64,000 nt of DNA from NCBI GenBank assembly GCA_965199955.1, contig CBDATQ010000001.1, forward strand, positions 800,001-864,000, given 5' to 3'. Of this stretch, positions 37,938-47,744 are shown one piece after another. The translations under genes and the position numbers were made by a program. A model generated the notes under the pieces. It worked only from the letters and a program-made list of their open reading frames with translations, did no database searches and had not been told where the DNA came from. Source of the DNA: Spirochaetia bacterium. Lineage in GTDB: Bacteria; Spirochaetota; Spirochaetia; SZUA-6; Bin103. How positions within the stretch are numbered: position 1 is the stretch's first letter; each line of letters begins with the position of its first letter.

Positions 37938-38387
37938 ATGAAGGTACGGACTTTCGACCACGTCGCGGTGACGGTCAGCGACACCAAACGGGCGCTGGAA
38001 TTCTACGTCGACAAGCTCGGGCTGCGGCTGATGGAGAACCACCAGCTCGAAGGCGACAAGATCGACGAGGCGAACGGTCTCCGGGGTGCGCGCGCCCAGT
38101 CCACGCGGCTGGCTGCGCCCGACAGCCCGGACATCCTGATCGACCTGCTGGAGTACTACACGCCGCCGATCGAACCGCACCAGCCGCCCATCGGGTCGGT
38201 CGGCTCCTGCCACTTCGCGCTGGTGGTCGACGACCTGCCGGGAGCAGTCGAGGAGCTCAGGGCGAAGGGCGTCCACTTCATCTCCGGTCCGGTCAATTTC
38301 GAGCTCACCGAGGGCTCGGTCAGCGTCTGCTTCTGCACCGATCCCGACGGCAACCACGTGGAGCTGATGGAGGCATACGAGCACTAA
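37938..38387 (+). CDS. VOC (glyoxalase/methylmalonyl-CoA epimerase-like) protein
   Basis: DHVAVTVSD...FY...LG, HFAL.VDDL, DPDGN.VEL. Confidence 0.9.
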   Translation: MKVRTFDHVAVTVSDTKRALEFYVDKLGLRLMENHQLEGDKIDEANGLRGARAQSTRLAAPDSPDILIDLLEYYTPPIEPHQPPIGSVGSCHFALVVDDLPGAVEELRAKGVHFISGPVNFELTEGSVSVCFCTDPDGNHVELMEAYEH

Positions 38388-39329
38388 GACCGAGGTGGAG
38401 CCGTCCGCCGGCGGGTCACCCGCGGGTCGGCGACGCCCGTGCGCATCAGCAGCCAAGCGAGCACGGCGAGGACCGCGCCGGCCACGAACACCGGGCGGGG
38501 TGGCCGCGAAGGCGTCGCTCACGCCGAACGCCTCTCGTCCGTACACGACGTAGAACGTCACTCCCAGCGCTCCCAGGATCATCAGCACCTGGCTGACCAG
38601 GAAGCGGGCGAAGTTGGCATCGCGCCGCAGCACGTCCGGCAACTCCCGGAGATAGGAGCCCAGGCGGGGGCGCGGACGGTCGGGCGGGCGCTCCGGCTCG
38701 CGGTTGAGGGTCAGGAACGTCCAGGAGATCGCCTGGCCCGCGAACGCGAGCAGGAAACAGATTCCGAACGACCGGGGAAAGGCGACTGTGTCCAGGATGT
38801 AGCGGGCCAGCAGCGCGCCGGCAGCGCCCATCAGCCCGCCGAACGAGCTGCCGAGCCCGAACATCAGCCCCTTGCGGTCGGCGTGGATGACGTTGGCCAG
38901 CATGGCGCGCCATGCCGGGCTGGCTACCCCGACGGCGCCCTGAGCCGCCAGCAGCATGGCGACCAGGAAGGCGTAGGAGAACCATGCCGGTGCCTCCGGC
39001 CACAGCAGGATGCCCAGCCCCAGGATCAGCCACGGCACCCGCTCGAAGACGCTGGCCTTCACCACCCACGGTTTCTTGCGGCCTAGCGCTTCCGCTCGCG
39101 CGGCCATGAAAAGCTGCGGCCCGTGTGACGCGACGACGTAGGCGGCCGGGATGAGGCCGATCAGGACCCGCGAGTCGGTCAGGTAGCTGGCGTACAGCGG
39201 CAGGATCGTGGAGATGAAGACGAAGCTGTCGGCCAGGTTGACGAACGACAGGTCGCCGACGTTGACCCGGAAGTTCCAGCCCTGGTCGCGGCGGATGGCC
39301 CTCCGGTACGCCTCGTCGTCGTACTGCAC
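38384..39329 (-). pseudogene. MFS transporter with an internal deletion and frameshift
   Basis: About 7 TM helices up to GVSDAFAAT (about 38500), then last helix PVFVAGAVLAVLAWLLM..VADPR in another frame ending TAG 38384-38386. Confidence 0.75.
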
Positions 39330-39566
39330 AGCGTGAACGTATCAGACCCTCTCTTGCCAAGCCGTTCGTGACGTTCGTCCCGTTCACGTTCGAGACCTGC
39401 AGTCTGATTCGGGTCGGTAGCCGCCGAACTCAGACGGGCGCGTCGCTGCTCACGTACCACGCTCACTTCGAGCGAGTCGCCGGCTTGTCGATGGCGTACC
39501 TCGGCGGCTGAGCGACTGCTATCGTCCTTCCGCGCCTCGCTCTCGAACAGGTGAGGCGGCGCCTGG

Positions 39567-40382
39567 TCAATCTGCTCGTTCTCGAAGGCCGAGGACGTCG
39601 ACGTTCTTGTCCGAGGTCCCTTCCCGGGAAGTTCGCAGCATGGCGGTGAGGCCCCCGTCTATCAGGAACAGCGCGCCGGTGATGAACGACGCTTCGGCGG
39701 ACACCAGGTGCAGCACGGTCTGCGCCACTTCCGCCGGATCCGCGACGCGACCGAGTGGATTGCGCGCGGCCAGCTCCGCGCGCTGCTCGGAGCTGAGCTC
39801 CTGGAGCGCGGGCGTGTCCATCGCGCCCGGACACACCGCGTTGACGCGAATGCCGGCGTCGGCGTGGTCGAGCGCCATGCAGCGCACCAGGCCGACGAGA
39901 CCGTGCTTGGACACGTTATAGGCGACCTGATCCCTCTTGCCGACCACCCCGGACGAGGAAGAGACGCACACAATCGATCCGCCGCCGGCTCGCTCCATGT
40001 GCGGGATCGCGTAGCGTGAGCACAGGTAGGCACCGGTGAGGTTGACCCGCAGCACCCGGTTCCAGTGCGCCTCGTCCACCTCGGTCACGCTGCCGGCGCT
40101 GACGATCCCGGCGTTGTTCACCAGCACGTCCAGGCCGCCCAGGCGCTCGACCGCCGCGGCCATCAGGGCCTGCACGTCCGCGGCCGCGGCGATGTCCGCC
40201 CGCACCCCGATCGCCGTGCCGCCCGCGGTCTCGAGCCGGGTTGCCGCTGCCGTGATCGCGCCCTCGTCCAGGTCGGCCAGGACAACCGCCGCTCCCTCGT
40301 TCACGAACAGCTCGGCCACCGCCAGACCGAGCCCTCGCCCCGCGCCGGTGATAACCGCGCTTTTGCCCGCCAGGCGGCTCAT
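39567..40382 (-). CDS. SDR family oxidoreductase
   Basis: TGAGRGLG, NNAG, YNVSK; paralog of 37168..37914 with 23 extra C-terminal residues. Confidence 0.92.
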   Translation of the reverse strand: MSRLAGKSAVITGAGRGLGLAVAELFVNEGAAVVLADLDEGAITAAATRLETAGGTAIGVRADIAAAADVQALMAAAVERLGGLDVLVNNAGIVSAGSVTEVDEAHWNRVLRVNLTGAYLCSRYAIPHMERAGGGSIVCVSSSSGVVGKRDQVAYNVSKHGLVGLVRCMALDHADAGIRVNAVCPGAMDTPALQELSSEQRAELAARNPLGRVADPAEVAQTVLHLVSAEASFITGALFLIDGGLTAMLRTSREGTSDKNVDVLGLRERAD

Positions 40383-40548
40383 TCCAGGCTGGTCTTCCGG
40401 TGCCCGCCAATCGCCCACGCCACCGCCTCCACTCCAGCACCATCTGCGCCGACGCCACGCGATTTGAAATGATCCACCTGCTCAACTCGTTTCAAGCTGC
40501 CATCGTCTATAACCGTCCGGATGGCTGGCGGCACGGCAACCCGCCCGC

Positions 40549-41661
40549 TCACTCCGGCAGATAGAGGTACAGGGCGTCGACTTCCGCGGGTCGTGGAGCG
40601 TTGTCCGCCAGCGCCCGGTACGGCTTGCTCACGATGCCGTACCGGCCGTCCAGCTCGATGGCCTGCGCTTCGTGGGTGCCGATGCCGGTGTCAATGACGA
40701 CCTGCTCCATCCGGCCCCCGCGGCTCAGAAAGAGCAGTTGGGCCGGTGGGTGCGGGAGGGTCCAGTCCCCGCGCCCCATCTCGCCCACGTACAGGTCCGG
40801 GCGTCCGTCACCATCGAAGTCGGCCACCTGCAGCGTGTGGGCGTCCAGCAGCCGGTCGTGCAGCACCTCGTCTTCCCACAGGTCCCCGACGTCCGCCCCC
40901 GGCCTGAGCAGCGCCAGGCGCCCGTAGGTTTGACCGATGTCGAGCGCCACCTCGGACAGCGCGATCTCCGGCCGCCCGTCACCGTCGAAATCGGCGGCGA
41001 CCACCCGCACGCCGCCGTAGTTGCGGGTGTAGACGTGCCGTTCCCACTGGCCGTTCGGCAGCAGGCGATACCAGGAACAGCCGGCGATGAGCTCCAGCCT
41101 GCCGTCGCCGTCCACGTCGGCGGCCGCGAGCCCCTGCTCGTCCACGCCGGTGACCACGGGCCGCGCGTCCGGCCACGGAGTCGCGTAGGGATCGTCGGGC
41201 AGCGGGACGCAGAAGAGCGTCTCGGCGTCCTGATTCCAGACGTACAGCTCCTGCCGGCCGTCACCGTCGATGTCCGCCAGCAGCAGGTCGTGGGTGCGTG
41301 GCGCGGGCAGCGGAAATGCCTCCCGGCGCACCCACCGCCGGGTCGGGTCGGCCGGGCACTCCCACCAATAGACGCTGCTGCCGCGATCGCTGGTGGCGCC
41401 GATCAGGTCCAGTCGGCCGCTGCCGGTCAGGTCGACCAGGGCGCCGCCGACGCTGATGCTCGGGAAGGTGTCGTCGATCAGGTGCGGCTTCCAGGCGCCG
41501 CCGTCCGTTCGACCGAACCAGTGGAGCTGCTCCGGGTTGCGGGTCGAGACGATGAACTCCTGCACACCGTCGCCGTCCAGGTCGCCGACGAGACACGACA
41601 TGCGCTCGGCGGGACCACCCTGATGGACGGTGTGGCGGCGGAACGCGGGCAATCCGGGCAT
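40549..41661 (-). CDS. FG-GAP/VCBS repeat beta-propeller protein
   Basis: Six DxxGxGxxE/D repeats: GDLDGDGVQE, VDLTGSGRLD, ADIDGDGRQE, ADVDGDGRLE, ADFDGDGRPE, ADFDGDGRPD. Confidence 0.88.
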   Translation of the reverse strand: MPGLPAFRRHTVHQGGPAERMSCLVGDLDGDGVQEFIVSTRNPEQLHWFGRTDGGAWKPHLIDDTFPSISVGGALVDLTGSGRLDLIGATSDRGSSVYWWECPADPTRRWVRREAFPLPAPRTHDLLLADIDGDGRQELYVWNQDAETLFCVPLPDDPYATPWPDARPVVTGVDEQGLAAADVDGDGRLELIAGCSWYRLLPNGQWERHVYTRNYGGVRVVAADFDGDGRPEIALSEVALDIGQTYGRLALLRPGADVGDLWEDEVLHDRLLDAHTLQVADFDGDGRPDLYVGEMGRGDWTLPHPPAQLLFLSRGGRMEQVVIDTGIGTHEAQAIELDGRYGIVSKPYRALADNAPRPAEVDALYLYLPE

Positions 41662-41665
41662 CCGG

Positions 41666-42541
41666 TCACTCCTTGATGGCGCCGGCGGCGATGCCGGACA
41701 TGATCTTCTCCTGCAGGAGGATGTAGATGATGATCGACGGCACCACGTAGATCACCAGGGCGGCGAACATCGCCGAGAAATCGAACGTGAACTGCTGCAT
41801 GAAGTAGCGCATCGCCAGCGGAAGCGTCCGGTTGTGCTCGGAGGAGGTCAGCAGGAGCGCGTACAGCAGCTCGTTCCACGATCCCAGGAAGGTGAGCACC
41901 GCCGAGCTGACCAGCGCCGGCTGGGTCAGGGGAAGCATGATCCGCCAGAAGGTGCGCGGCACGCTGGCCCCCTCGATATAGGCGGACTCCTCCATCTCGT
42001 AGGGCAGGTGCATCATGTAGCTGCGCAGCACGAACAGGCACAGCGGCATGGAAAATCCCGTGTACACCAAGATCAGCGCTGCCTTGGTGTCGTAGAGCCC
42101 GAGCCGCAGCACCACCTCGTAGACCGGCTGCACCATCGTGTTGACCGGGATCAGGATCGATGAGATCAGCAGCGTGAACACCAGGGTGCGCAAGCGGAAG
42201 CGGAAGCGGGACAGGGCATAGGCCGCAAGCGAGTAGATGAACAGCGAGATGGTGGTCGTCGAGACGGCGACGATCAGCGAGGTGACGAACTTGAGGTCGA
42301 GGCGTGCGAAGCGGAACGCGGTGGCGTAGCCCTTGAGCGACGGTTGCGCCGGCAGGTTGAGCGCCGAGGAGAGGATCTCGGCGTTGGTCTCCAGGGACGA
42401 GATCACCACCCACACCAGCGGCAGCACGGAGATGGCGATCACGAAGCCCATGACTGCGTAGCCGAACAGCGCCGCCGCCCCGGCGGCAAACCGTTCCTGC
42501 GGCGTGCGCAGGCCGACCTGCTCGGCCGCCCGGCTACTCAC
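41666..42541 (-). CDS. Carbohydrate ABC transporter permease
   Basis: EMEESAYIEGAS, WNELL, RTLP. Confidence 0.92.
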   Translation of the reverse strand: MSSRAAEQVGLRTPQERFAAGAAALFGYAVMGFVIAISVLPLVWVVISSLETNAEILSSALNLPAQPSLKGYATAFRFARLDLKFVTSLIVAVSTTTISLFIYSLAAYALSRFRFRLRTLVFTLLISSILIPVNTMVQPVYEVVLRLGLYDTKAALILVYTGFSMPLCLFVLRSYMMHLPYEMEESAYIEGASVPRTFWRIMLPLTQPALVSSAVLTFLGSWNELLYALLLTSSEHNRTLPLAMRYFMQQFTFDFSAMFAALVIYVVPSIIIYILLQEKIMSGIAAGAIKE

Positions 42542-43409
42542 GGTAGCTCCTGCCCAGGCGGAACAGCCACTGCACCAGCAGGACCGCCACCATGCCCATG
42601 ACCAGCAGCACCACCGCCAGCGCGTTGGCGTAGCCGTACTCCTGGCTGTTGAGCAGGCGGTTCACCATGATCACGGAGATGTTCTGCGTGCGGTTGCCGG
42701 GACCGCCGCCGGTGGTGAGGAAGATGATCTCGAACGCCTTCAGCACCGCGGTGACGGCGATCACGATGCCGGTGCCGATGATCGGCCGGATCAGCGGCAG
42801 GTGGATGTAGAGGTCGACCTGCAGCGGGCTCGCGCCGTCGATGCGCGCCGAGTCGCCCAGCGAGTCCGGGATCGCCATCAGCTCCGACATCGTGATCAGG
42901 GTGATCACGGCGGCGAAGAACAGCCAGATCATGGTCACCGCCGTGAACGCGCTGCCGGGCTCGTACAGCCAGTTGCGGTTGAAGTCCCGGAACCCGAGAA
43001 GCTGGATGAGCCCGTTGAGGATGCCGGCGTCGGGCAGGTAGATGAAGATGAACAGCATGGACAGCGCGGTCCATCCCAGGACGTTCGGGATCATGAAGAC
43101 GGCGCGGGTGAAGCGCCAGCCGCGCGGCCGCTTGAATAGCACCAGCGCCACCAGCACCCCGAACGGCACATGGATGAACGCGGCGGCCAGCACCCACTTG
43201 ATGCTGTTGACGAACGCGGCCTGGAACTTGGCGCTGGCTGCCAGGCGCAGGTAGTTGTCGAGTCCGATGAACTGCGGCGCCTGCACTCCGTTCCACTTGG
43301 TGAAGCTGGTCGTCACCGCGGTCACCAGCGGGCCCAAGTAGACCAGCAGGAACATCGCCAGCGCCGGCAGCAGGAACAGGACTACCCACAGGCGTCCGGG
43401 CTTGATCAT
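42534..43409 (-). CDS. Carbohydrate ABC transporter permease
   Basis: SFTKWNG...FIGLDNY, DSARIDGAS, TGGGPG. Confidence 0.92.
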   Translation of the reverse strand: MIKPGRLWVVLFLLPALAMFLLVYLGPLVTAVTTSFTKWNGVQAPQFIGLDNYLRLAASAKFQAAFVNSIKWVLAAAFIHVPFGVLVALVLFKRPRGWRFTRAVFMIPNVLGWTALSMLFIFIYLPDAGILNGLIQLLGFRDFNRNWLYEPGSAFTAVTMIWLFFAAVITLITMSELMAIPDSLGDSARIDGASPLQVDLYIHLPLIRPIIGTGIVIAVTAVLKAFEIIFLTTGGGPGNRTQNISVIMVNRLLNSQEYGYANALAVVLLVMGMVAVLLVQWLFRLGRSYRE

Positions 43410-43438
43410 CGATTGCTCATCGGCGGGCGGGCAGGCGG

Positions 43439-43468
43439 GCCCGGTACCCGTTCGGGAGGGTACCGGGC
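43439..43468 (-). promoter_or_regulatory. 11-bp inverted repeat after the solute-binding gene
   Basis: GCCCGGTACCC-8 nt-GGGTACCGGGC. Confidence 0.65.
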
Positions 43469-43492
43469 GCCGTCACCCCACGCGGCGGGAGT

Positions 43493-44833
43493 CTACAGCG
43501 ATTCCAGGTACTCCTTGGCCGATGCGGCGAGCATGGCCGCGTACTCCTCCGCCGAGATCTCGCCGTACAGCAGGGCGGGGAGCTGATTGACGATCGTCTC
43601 GTTCTGGTTGATCGGATCCCACTGCGCCTGGAACCAGGGAATGGTCAGCTTCACCCCTTCGACCGCGTTGAAGTACTCGAGATTCACCGGCCCGAGGCCC
43701 GCCTTCTCTTCATCGTTCAGCGGCACCAGGTGGGTCAGGTAACCGAGCGTGATCGCCTGCTGGGCGATGTTGTCGCGGGTGGCCAGGAACTTGAGCCACT
43801 CCACCGCGCCCTCGCGCACCGGCAGGTCGTGGTCCATCGACACGCCGTGTCCGTACTCGCGGCCCAGGTTGGAGATCATCATGTCGTTGGGGAAGCGGGC
43901 GTAGCCCACCTTGTCCTCGAAGCCCTCTGGCGAGTACTGCGTGTCGCCGAAGCTGGCGATCATCCACGGGCCGTTGGCGATCATCGCCGTGTCGGAGGCG
44001 GAGAAGTGGTTGGCCGCCAGCGCGTAGGTGCCGCCGATCGCGTCGGCGGTGGTGTACTCGTACAGGCGTTCGACCATGCGCACCGCGTCGATGTAGATCT
44101 CCGAGGTGAACTCGTCGGTCGGGTAGCGGATGTCCATGAAGTCCCGACCCTCCTGGGTGCGGCCCAGGTAGGTGGTGAGCAGCAGGTTGGTGATCCAGCC
44201 GGTCTCCGTGGTGTGCATCGACAGGGGCGTGAAGCCGGCCGCCTGGAGCGTTTCGCACGCCGCGAAGAAGTCGTCCCAAGTCGTGGGGAAGGCGTCGATG
44301 CCGGCCTCGGCGAACATCTCCTTGTTGTAGTAGATGCCGATGTAGGGTGCGCCGGTGGAGGGGGCGGTGAACATCCTGCCCTCGGCGTCGGTGTTGAACT
44401 CGACGCTCTCCGGGAACGCCACCTTCTGCCACTCCGCGTCGGCGTCGAAGTAGGGCCGCTGGTCCATCAGCCGGCCGTCGCGCATCAGCGCCTCGGCGAA
44501 TGCCGCCTCCGGGCCCAGGTTGGTAACGACCGCCGGCAGGTTGCGCGCAGAGTTGAGCGCTTTCAGCTTCTGCCGCATCTCGACCGCCATGCCGGGCACC
44601 CACTCGATGTCCAGCTCGTAGCGGCCGTCGTACTTCTCGTTGAACGCGTCGATGAAACCGCGATACATCACGGTGTTGGCGTCGTTGCCGCCTTCCCGGA
44701 ACAGCATAGGGATCTTGACCTCTTCGGCCGCCCCCGTCTCTCCCTCGGCGCTGGCGAAGGCGGTTGGCGCCGCCAGCAGGGCCGCCAGCGCGGCGATCAG
44801 CGTGACCGCGGCGCGGTTCTTCGTACGATTCAT
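43493..44833 (-). CDS. ABC sugar-binding protein (family 1)
   Basis: Signal peptide ending AFA; IYYNKEMF..AGI..PTTWD; AMIANGPW; RBS GGAGG. Confidence 0.9.
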   Translation of the reverse strand: MNRTKNRAAVTLIAALAALLAAPTAFASAEGETGAAEEVKIPMLFREGGNDANTVMYRGFIDAFNEKYDGRYELDIEWVPGMAVEMRQKLKALNSARNLPAVVTNLGPEAAFAEALMRDGRLMDQRPYFDADAEWQKVAFPESVEFNTDAEGRMFTAPSTGAPYIGIYYNKEMFAEAGIDAFPTTWDDFFAACETLQAAGFTPLSMHTTETGWITNLLLTTYLGRTQEGRDFMDIRYPTDEFTSEIYIDAVRMVERLYEYTTADAIGGTYALAANHFSASDTAMIANGPWMIASFGDTQYSPEGFEDKVGYARFPNDMMISNLGREYGHGVSMDHDLPVREGAVEWLKFLATRDNIAQQAITLGYLTHLVPLNDEEKAGLGPVNLEYFNAVEGVKLTIPWFQAQWDPINQNETIVNQLPALLYGEISAEEYAAMLAASAKEYLESL

Positions 44834-44968
44834 GGCGAAAGTGACCTCCCGTAGTGAGTCGTGGATTACGCGGCGACGATGCCCGCGGGAGTAGGCGAGG
44901 TCAAGCCTGCGGCTTGCCCGCGGGCTGACAGCGTGCCGCGGCTCGGATAGGGTCTGGGAAGGAACGTG

Positions 44969-45745
44969 ATGACCGACGGCTTCCGAAGACTGACCGCCGA
45001 GCAGGTGAGCGCCTTTCACACCCATGGCTACGTCAAGCTGGGACCGCTGCTGGATGACGCCACGGTCGAGTTGCTGCGCCGCGAATACGACCGCGAGTTC
45101 GCGCTGGCCCGCTCCGGCGCCAGTGCATTCCGCAACCTGGCCATCGACGACACCGACGACGTGGAGGCCAAGAACGAGGCGGAGGAGCAGATGCTGCAGA
45201 TCATGCAGATGTGCGAGCGCAACCTGCACTTCCGCCGCATGCTCTACCACGAGCCGATCCTGGACTGCATCGAGGACCTGATCGGCCCCAACATCCAGCT
45301 CTTCCACGACCAGGCGCTGTACAAGCCGGCGCACCACGGCGGACCGGTGTTCTGGCACCAGGACAACGCCTACTGGCAGTGCGTGCCGGCCAACCTGGTG
45401 AGCTGCTGGATGACGCTGGACGACGTCACCGTCGACAACGGCGCGATGCAGGTGATCCCCGGCTCCCACGTGCAGGCGCTGGAGCACGACCGCTCGGCGT
45501 CCAGCAACGCGTTGCTGGACAGCGCCGATCAGGTGGACGCCTCACGGGCGGTGGCGATCGAGCTGCCCGCCGGAGGCGCCATGCTGCACCACTGCCAGAC
45601 GTTCCACTACACCGCGCCCAACAACACCCCGCGCGAACGGCGCGCCTTCATCATCCACTTCATGACGCCCGGCACCACGTCGCGCCGCACCGGCGAGCAT
45701 CTCACGGTCTCGTTCGCGCGCCCGATGCTGCGCATGAGGGTGTGA
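44969..45745 (+). CDS. Phytanoyl-CoA dioxygenase (PhyH) family protein
   Basis: LTAEQV..F...GY, HDQALYKP, WHQDN.YW, DNGAM..IPGSH, HYT.PN. Confidence 0.92.
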   Translation: MTDGFRRLTAEQVSAFHTHGYVKLGPLLDDATVELLRREYDREFALARSGASAFRNLAIDDTDDVEAKNEAEEQMLQIMQMCERNLHFRRMLYHEPILDCIEDLIGPNIQLFHDQALYKPAHHGGPVFWHQDNAYWQCVPANLVSCWMTLDDVTVDNGAMQVIPGSHVQALEHDRSASSNALLDSADQVDASRAVAIELPAGGAMLHHCQTFHYTAPNNTPRERRAFIIHFMTPGTTSRRTGEHLTVSFARPMLRMRV

Positions 45746-45752
45746 GTCCCCC

Positions 45753-46835
45753 TCAGTAGCGGTGATCGACGCTGCCGAACAGCGTCGGCGTGTCCCAGCC
45801 CGCGCCGTCGCGCTCCACCCAGCCGGCGACCGCGGCGATCAGCTCGTCGACGCCGTCCCGCGGCTCGCCGAACGTCGCGCGGCACAGGCTGTCGTCGGTC
45901 AGCGGCAGCGTGTCGCCTTCGGCGCCGGCCAGCTTCGGGTCGCGACCCAACTCGGCTCCCAGGGCGGACACGATCCCGGCTACCCGGTGGCCGGGCCCTG
46001 ACACGTTGACCGTCCACGGCGGGTTCGCGCAATGCTCCAGGCAGCGCAGCGCCACGTCGATGGCGTCGCGCTGCGAGATGAGGTTGACCGCCGGCACCGC
46101 CAACGAAACCGGTGAGTCACGGTGGACCATGTCGGCGAGGTCGCGCAGCACGCCGTAGCACAGGTGCTGGGCGTACGCGAGGCGATAGTTGCAGATTCGC
46201 TGCGCGGGGTGCCGGCTGGCGGTGGTGGCGAAGGAGGCTTCGCGCGCGGCGATCGACCAGCCGTAGACGCCCTCCGGCTGCAGCGTGTCGGATTCCCGGC
46301 TGCCGCCCGCCACGGGCGGTCCGACGCCGGACGTTCGTTCCACGCCAGCGGGCACGGGCGCCGCGTAGTCGACACCGGCATACGGGTTGGTCGAGGAAAA
46401 CACCACGATGTTCGCGCCGCCGAACCGTTCGCCCACAAGGTAGGGGACGATCGAGTTGATGTGGAACGCGCGCCGCCAGTCGGTGCCGCTGCCGAACTTG
46501 AAGCCGAGCATGTAGACGACCTGGCGGGATTCGGGCAGTGCTTCGATGAAGCCGGGGTCGGTCAGGTCGCCGCGGATGCAACGGATTCCGCCGGCCTCCA
46601 GCGCCGCGCGGGTGGCGTCGTCGCTGAAGGTCGACGCGACGACCACATCGCGCTCGACGTCCGCCGCACGGTCGGCACGCCGCAGCGTCGCCGCCAGCTC
46701 CGGTCCCATCTTGCCGCTGCCGCCCAGGACCAGCACCGGGCCGTCGATCCGCGCCGCCGCCTCGATCAGCGCCGGCGACGGCTCGGTCATGAACCGTTGC
46801 AGCGAGCGGTCGTCGTGGACTTCGGCAAGCGTCAT
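45753..46835 (-). CDS. NAD-dependent epimerase/dehydratase family protein
   Basis: VLGGSGKMGP, KFG, VFSS.N.Y, YGVL.D.A; RBS GAGGAGG. Confidence 0.85.
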   Translation of the reverse strand: MTLAEVHDDRSLQRFMTEPSPALIEAAARIDGPVLVLGGSGKMGPELAATLRRADRAADVERDVVVASTFSDDATRAALEAGGIRCIRGDLTDPGFIEALPESRQVVYMLGFKFGSGTDWRRAFHINSIVPYLVGERFGGANIVVFSSTNPYAGVDYAAPVPAGVERTSGVGPPVAGGSRESDTLQPEGVYGWSIAAREASFATTASRHPAQRICNYRLAYAQHLCYGVLRDLADMVHRDSPVSLAVPAVNLISQRDAIDVALRCLEHCANPPWTVNVSGPGHRVAGIVSALGAELGRDPKLAGAEGDTLPLTDDSLCRATFGEPRDGVDELIAAVAGWVERDGAGWDTPTLFGSVDHRY

Positions 46836-46937
46836 GGGCACCTCCTCGATGCGGCAGGCCGATACTCGTTCGCATCCGGCCGCCGCGTCATCGCCGCCGG
46901 CGCGGTGACGGATCGGTGGCCTGTTCAGCGCGGCGGC

Positions 46938-47744
46938 TCAGCCGGAGCCGGCCAGCCTGGGCACGGCCGCGTAGAGCTGCCGGGTGTACTGATGCTGCGG
47001 GCCGGCCGCCAGCTCCTGCGCCGTGGCTTCCTCCACCAGGCGGCCGCCCTGCATCACGCCGACGCGGTCGCAGAAGTAGGTGACCACGGCCAGGTCGTGG
47101 GAGATGAACAGCAGGGTCAGACCCAGCTCGCGGCGCAGCGTCTGCAGCAGGTCAAGGATCTGGCTGCGAACCGATACGTCCAGGGCGGAGACGATCTCGT
47201 CGCAGATGAGCGTCTCCGGCCGGACGATCAGCGCGCGGGCGATGGCGACGCGCTGGCGCTGGCCTCCGGAGAAGTCCGGCGGTCGGCGGCTCAGGTGGCG
47301 GGCGGCCAGCCCTACGGCCTCCAGGGCGGCCAGGGCGCGCTCGCGTCCGTCGTCGACGCCGCGCCAGTCGGCGGTGTAGCGCAATCCGGCGAGCAGGATC
47401 GATTCAACCCGCATGCGCGGGTTGAGGGAGCGGGCGGGGTCCTGGAACACGTACGCCAGCCGGGTGCGCAGCTCGCACCGGGCACGGGCCGTCGACCTGC
47501 TGACCTCGTGCACGACCTCGGCGCGGTCGCGGTAGGTGATAGCGCCGCTGTCGGGCCGGTACATGCCCACCGCCAGGCGGGCGGTGGTGGTCTTGCCGCT
47601 GCCCGACTCGCCGACCAGGCCGTAGGTCTCGCCGTCGTCGATGCGAAAGCTCACCTCCCGCACCGCCTGCACGTGCCGCCTTGCGGCCGCGAAGTAGCCG
47701 GCCTTCAGGGCGAACCGCTTGCTGACGGCGTCGAGCGCTAGCAT
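46938..47744 (-). CDS. Oligopeptide/dipeptide ABC ATPase (OppF-like)
   Basis: GESGSGKTT, FSGGQRQR, ICDE.VSALDVS. Confidence 0.92.
   Translation of the reverse strand: MLALDAVSKRFALKAGYFAAARRHVQAVREVSFRIDDGETYGLVGESGSGKTTTARLAVGMYRPDSGAITYRDRAEVVHEVSRSTARARCELRTRLAYVFQDPARSLNPRMRVESILLAGLRYTADWRGVDDGRERALAALEAVGLAARHLSRRPPDFSGGQRQRVAIARALIVRPETLICDEIVSALDVSVRSQILDLLQTLRRELGLTLLFISHDLAVVTYFCDRVGVMQGGRLVEEATAQELAAGPQHQYTRQLYAAVPRLAGSG

Noticed and set aside
39363..39391. Four CGTTC copies upstream of the MFS gene
   Set aside because: Short and irregularly spaced; cannot be separated from chance without orthologs
40464..40495. TTGAAA...TTTCAA inverted repeat
   Set aside because: Short arms with a long spacer; a possible operator but unsupported
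44880..44924. TGCCCGCGGG direct repeat in a divergent promoter region
   Set aside because: Nearly all G/C in a high-GC genome, so plausibly chance
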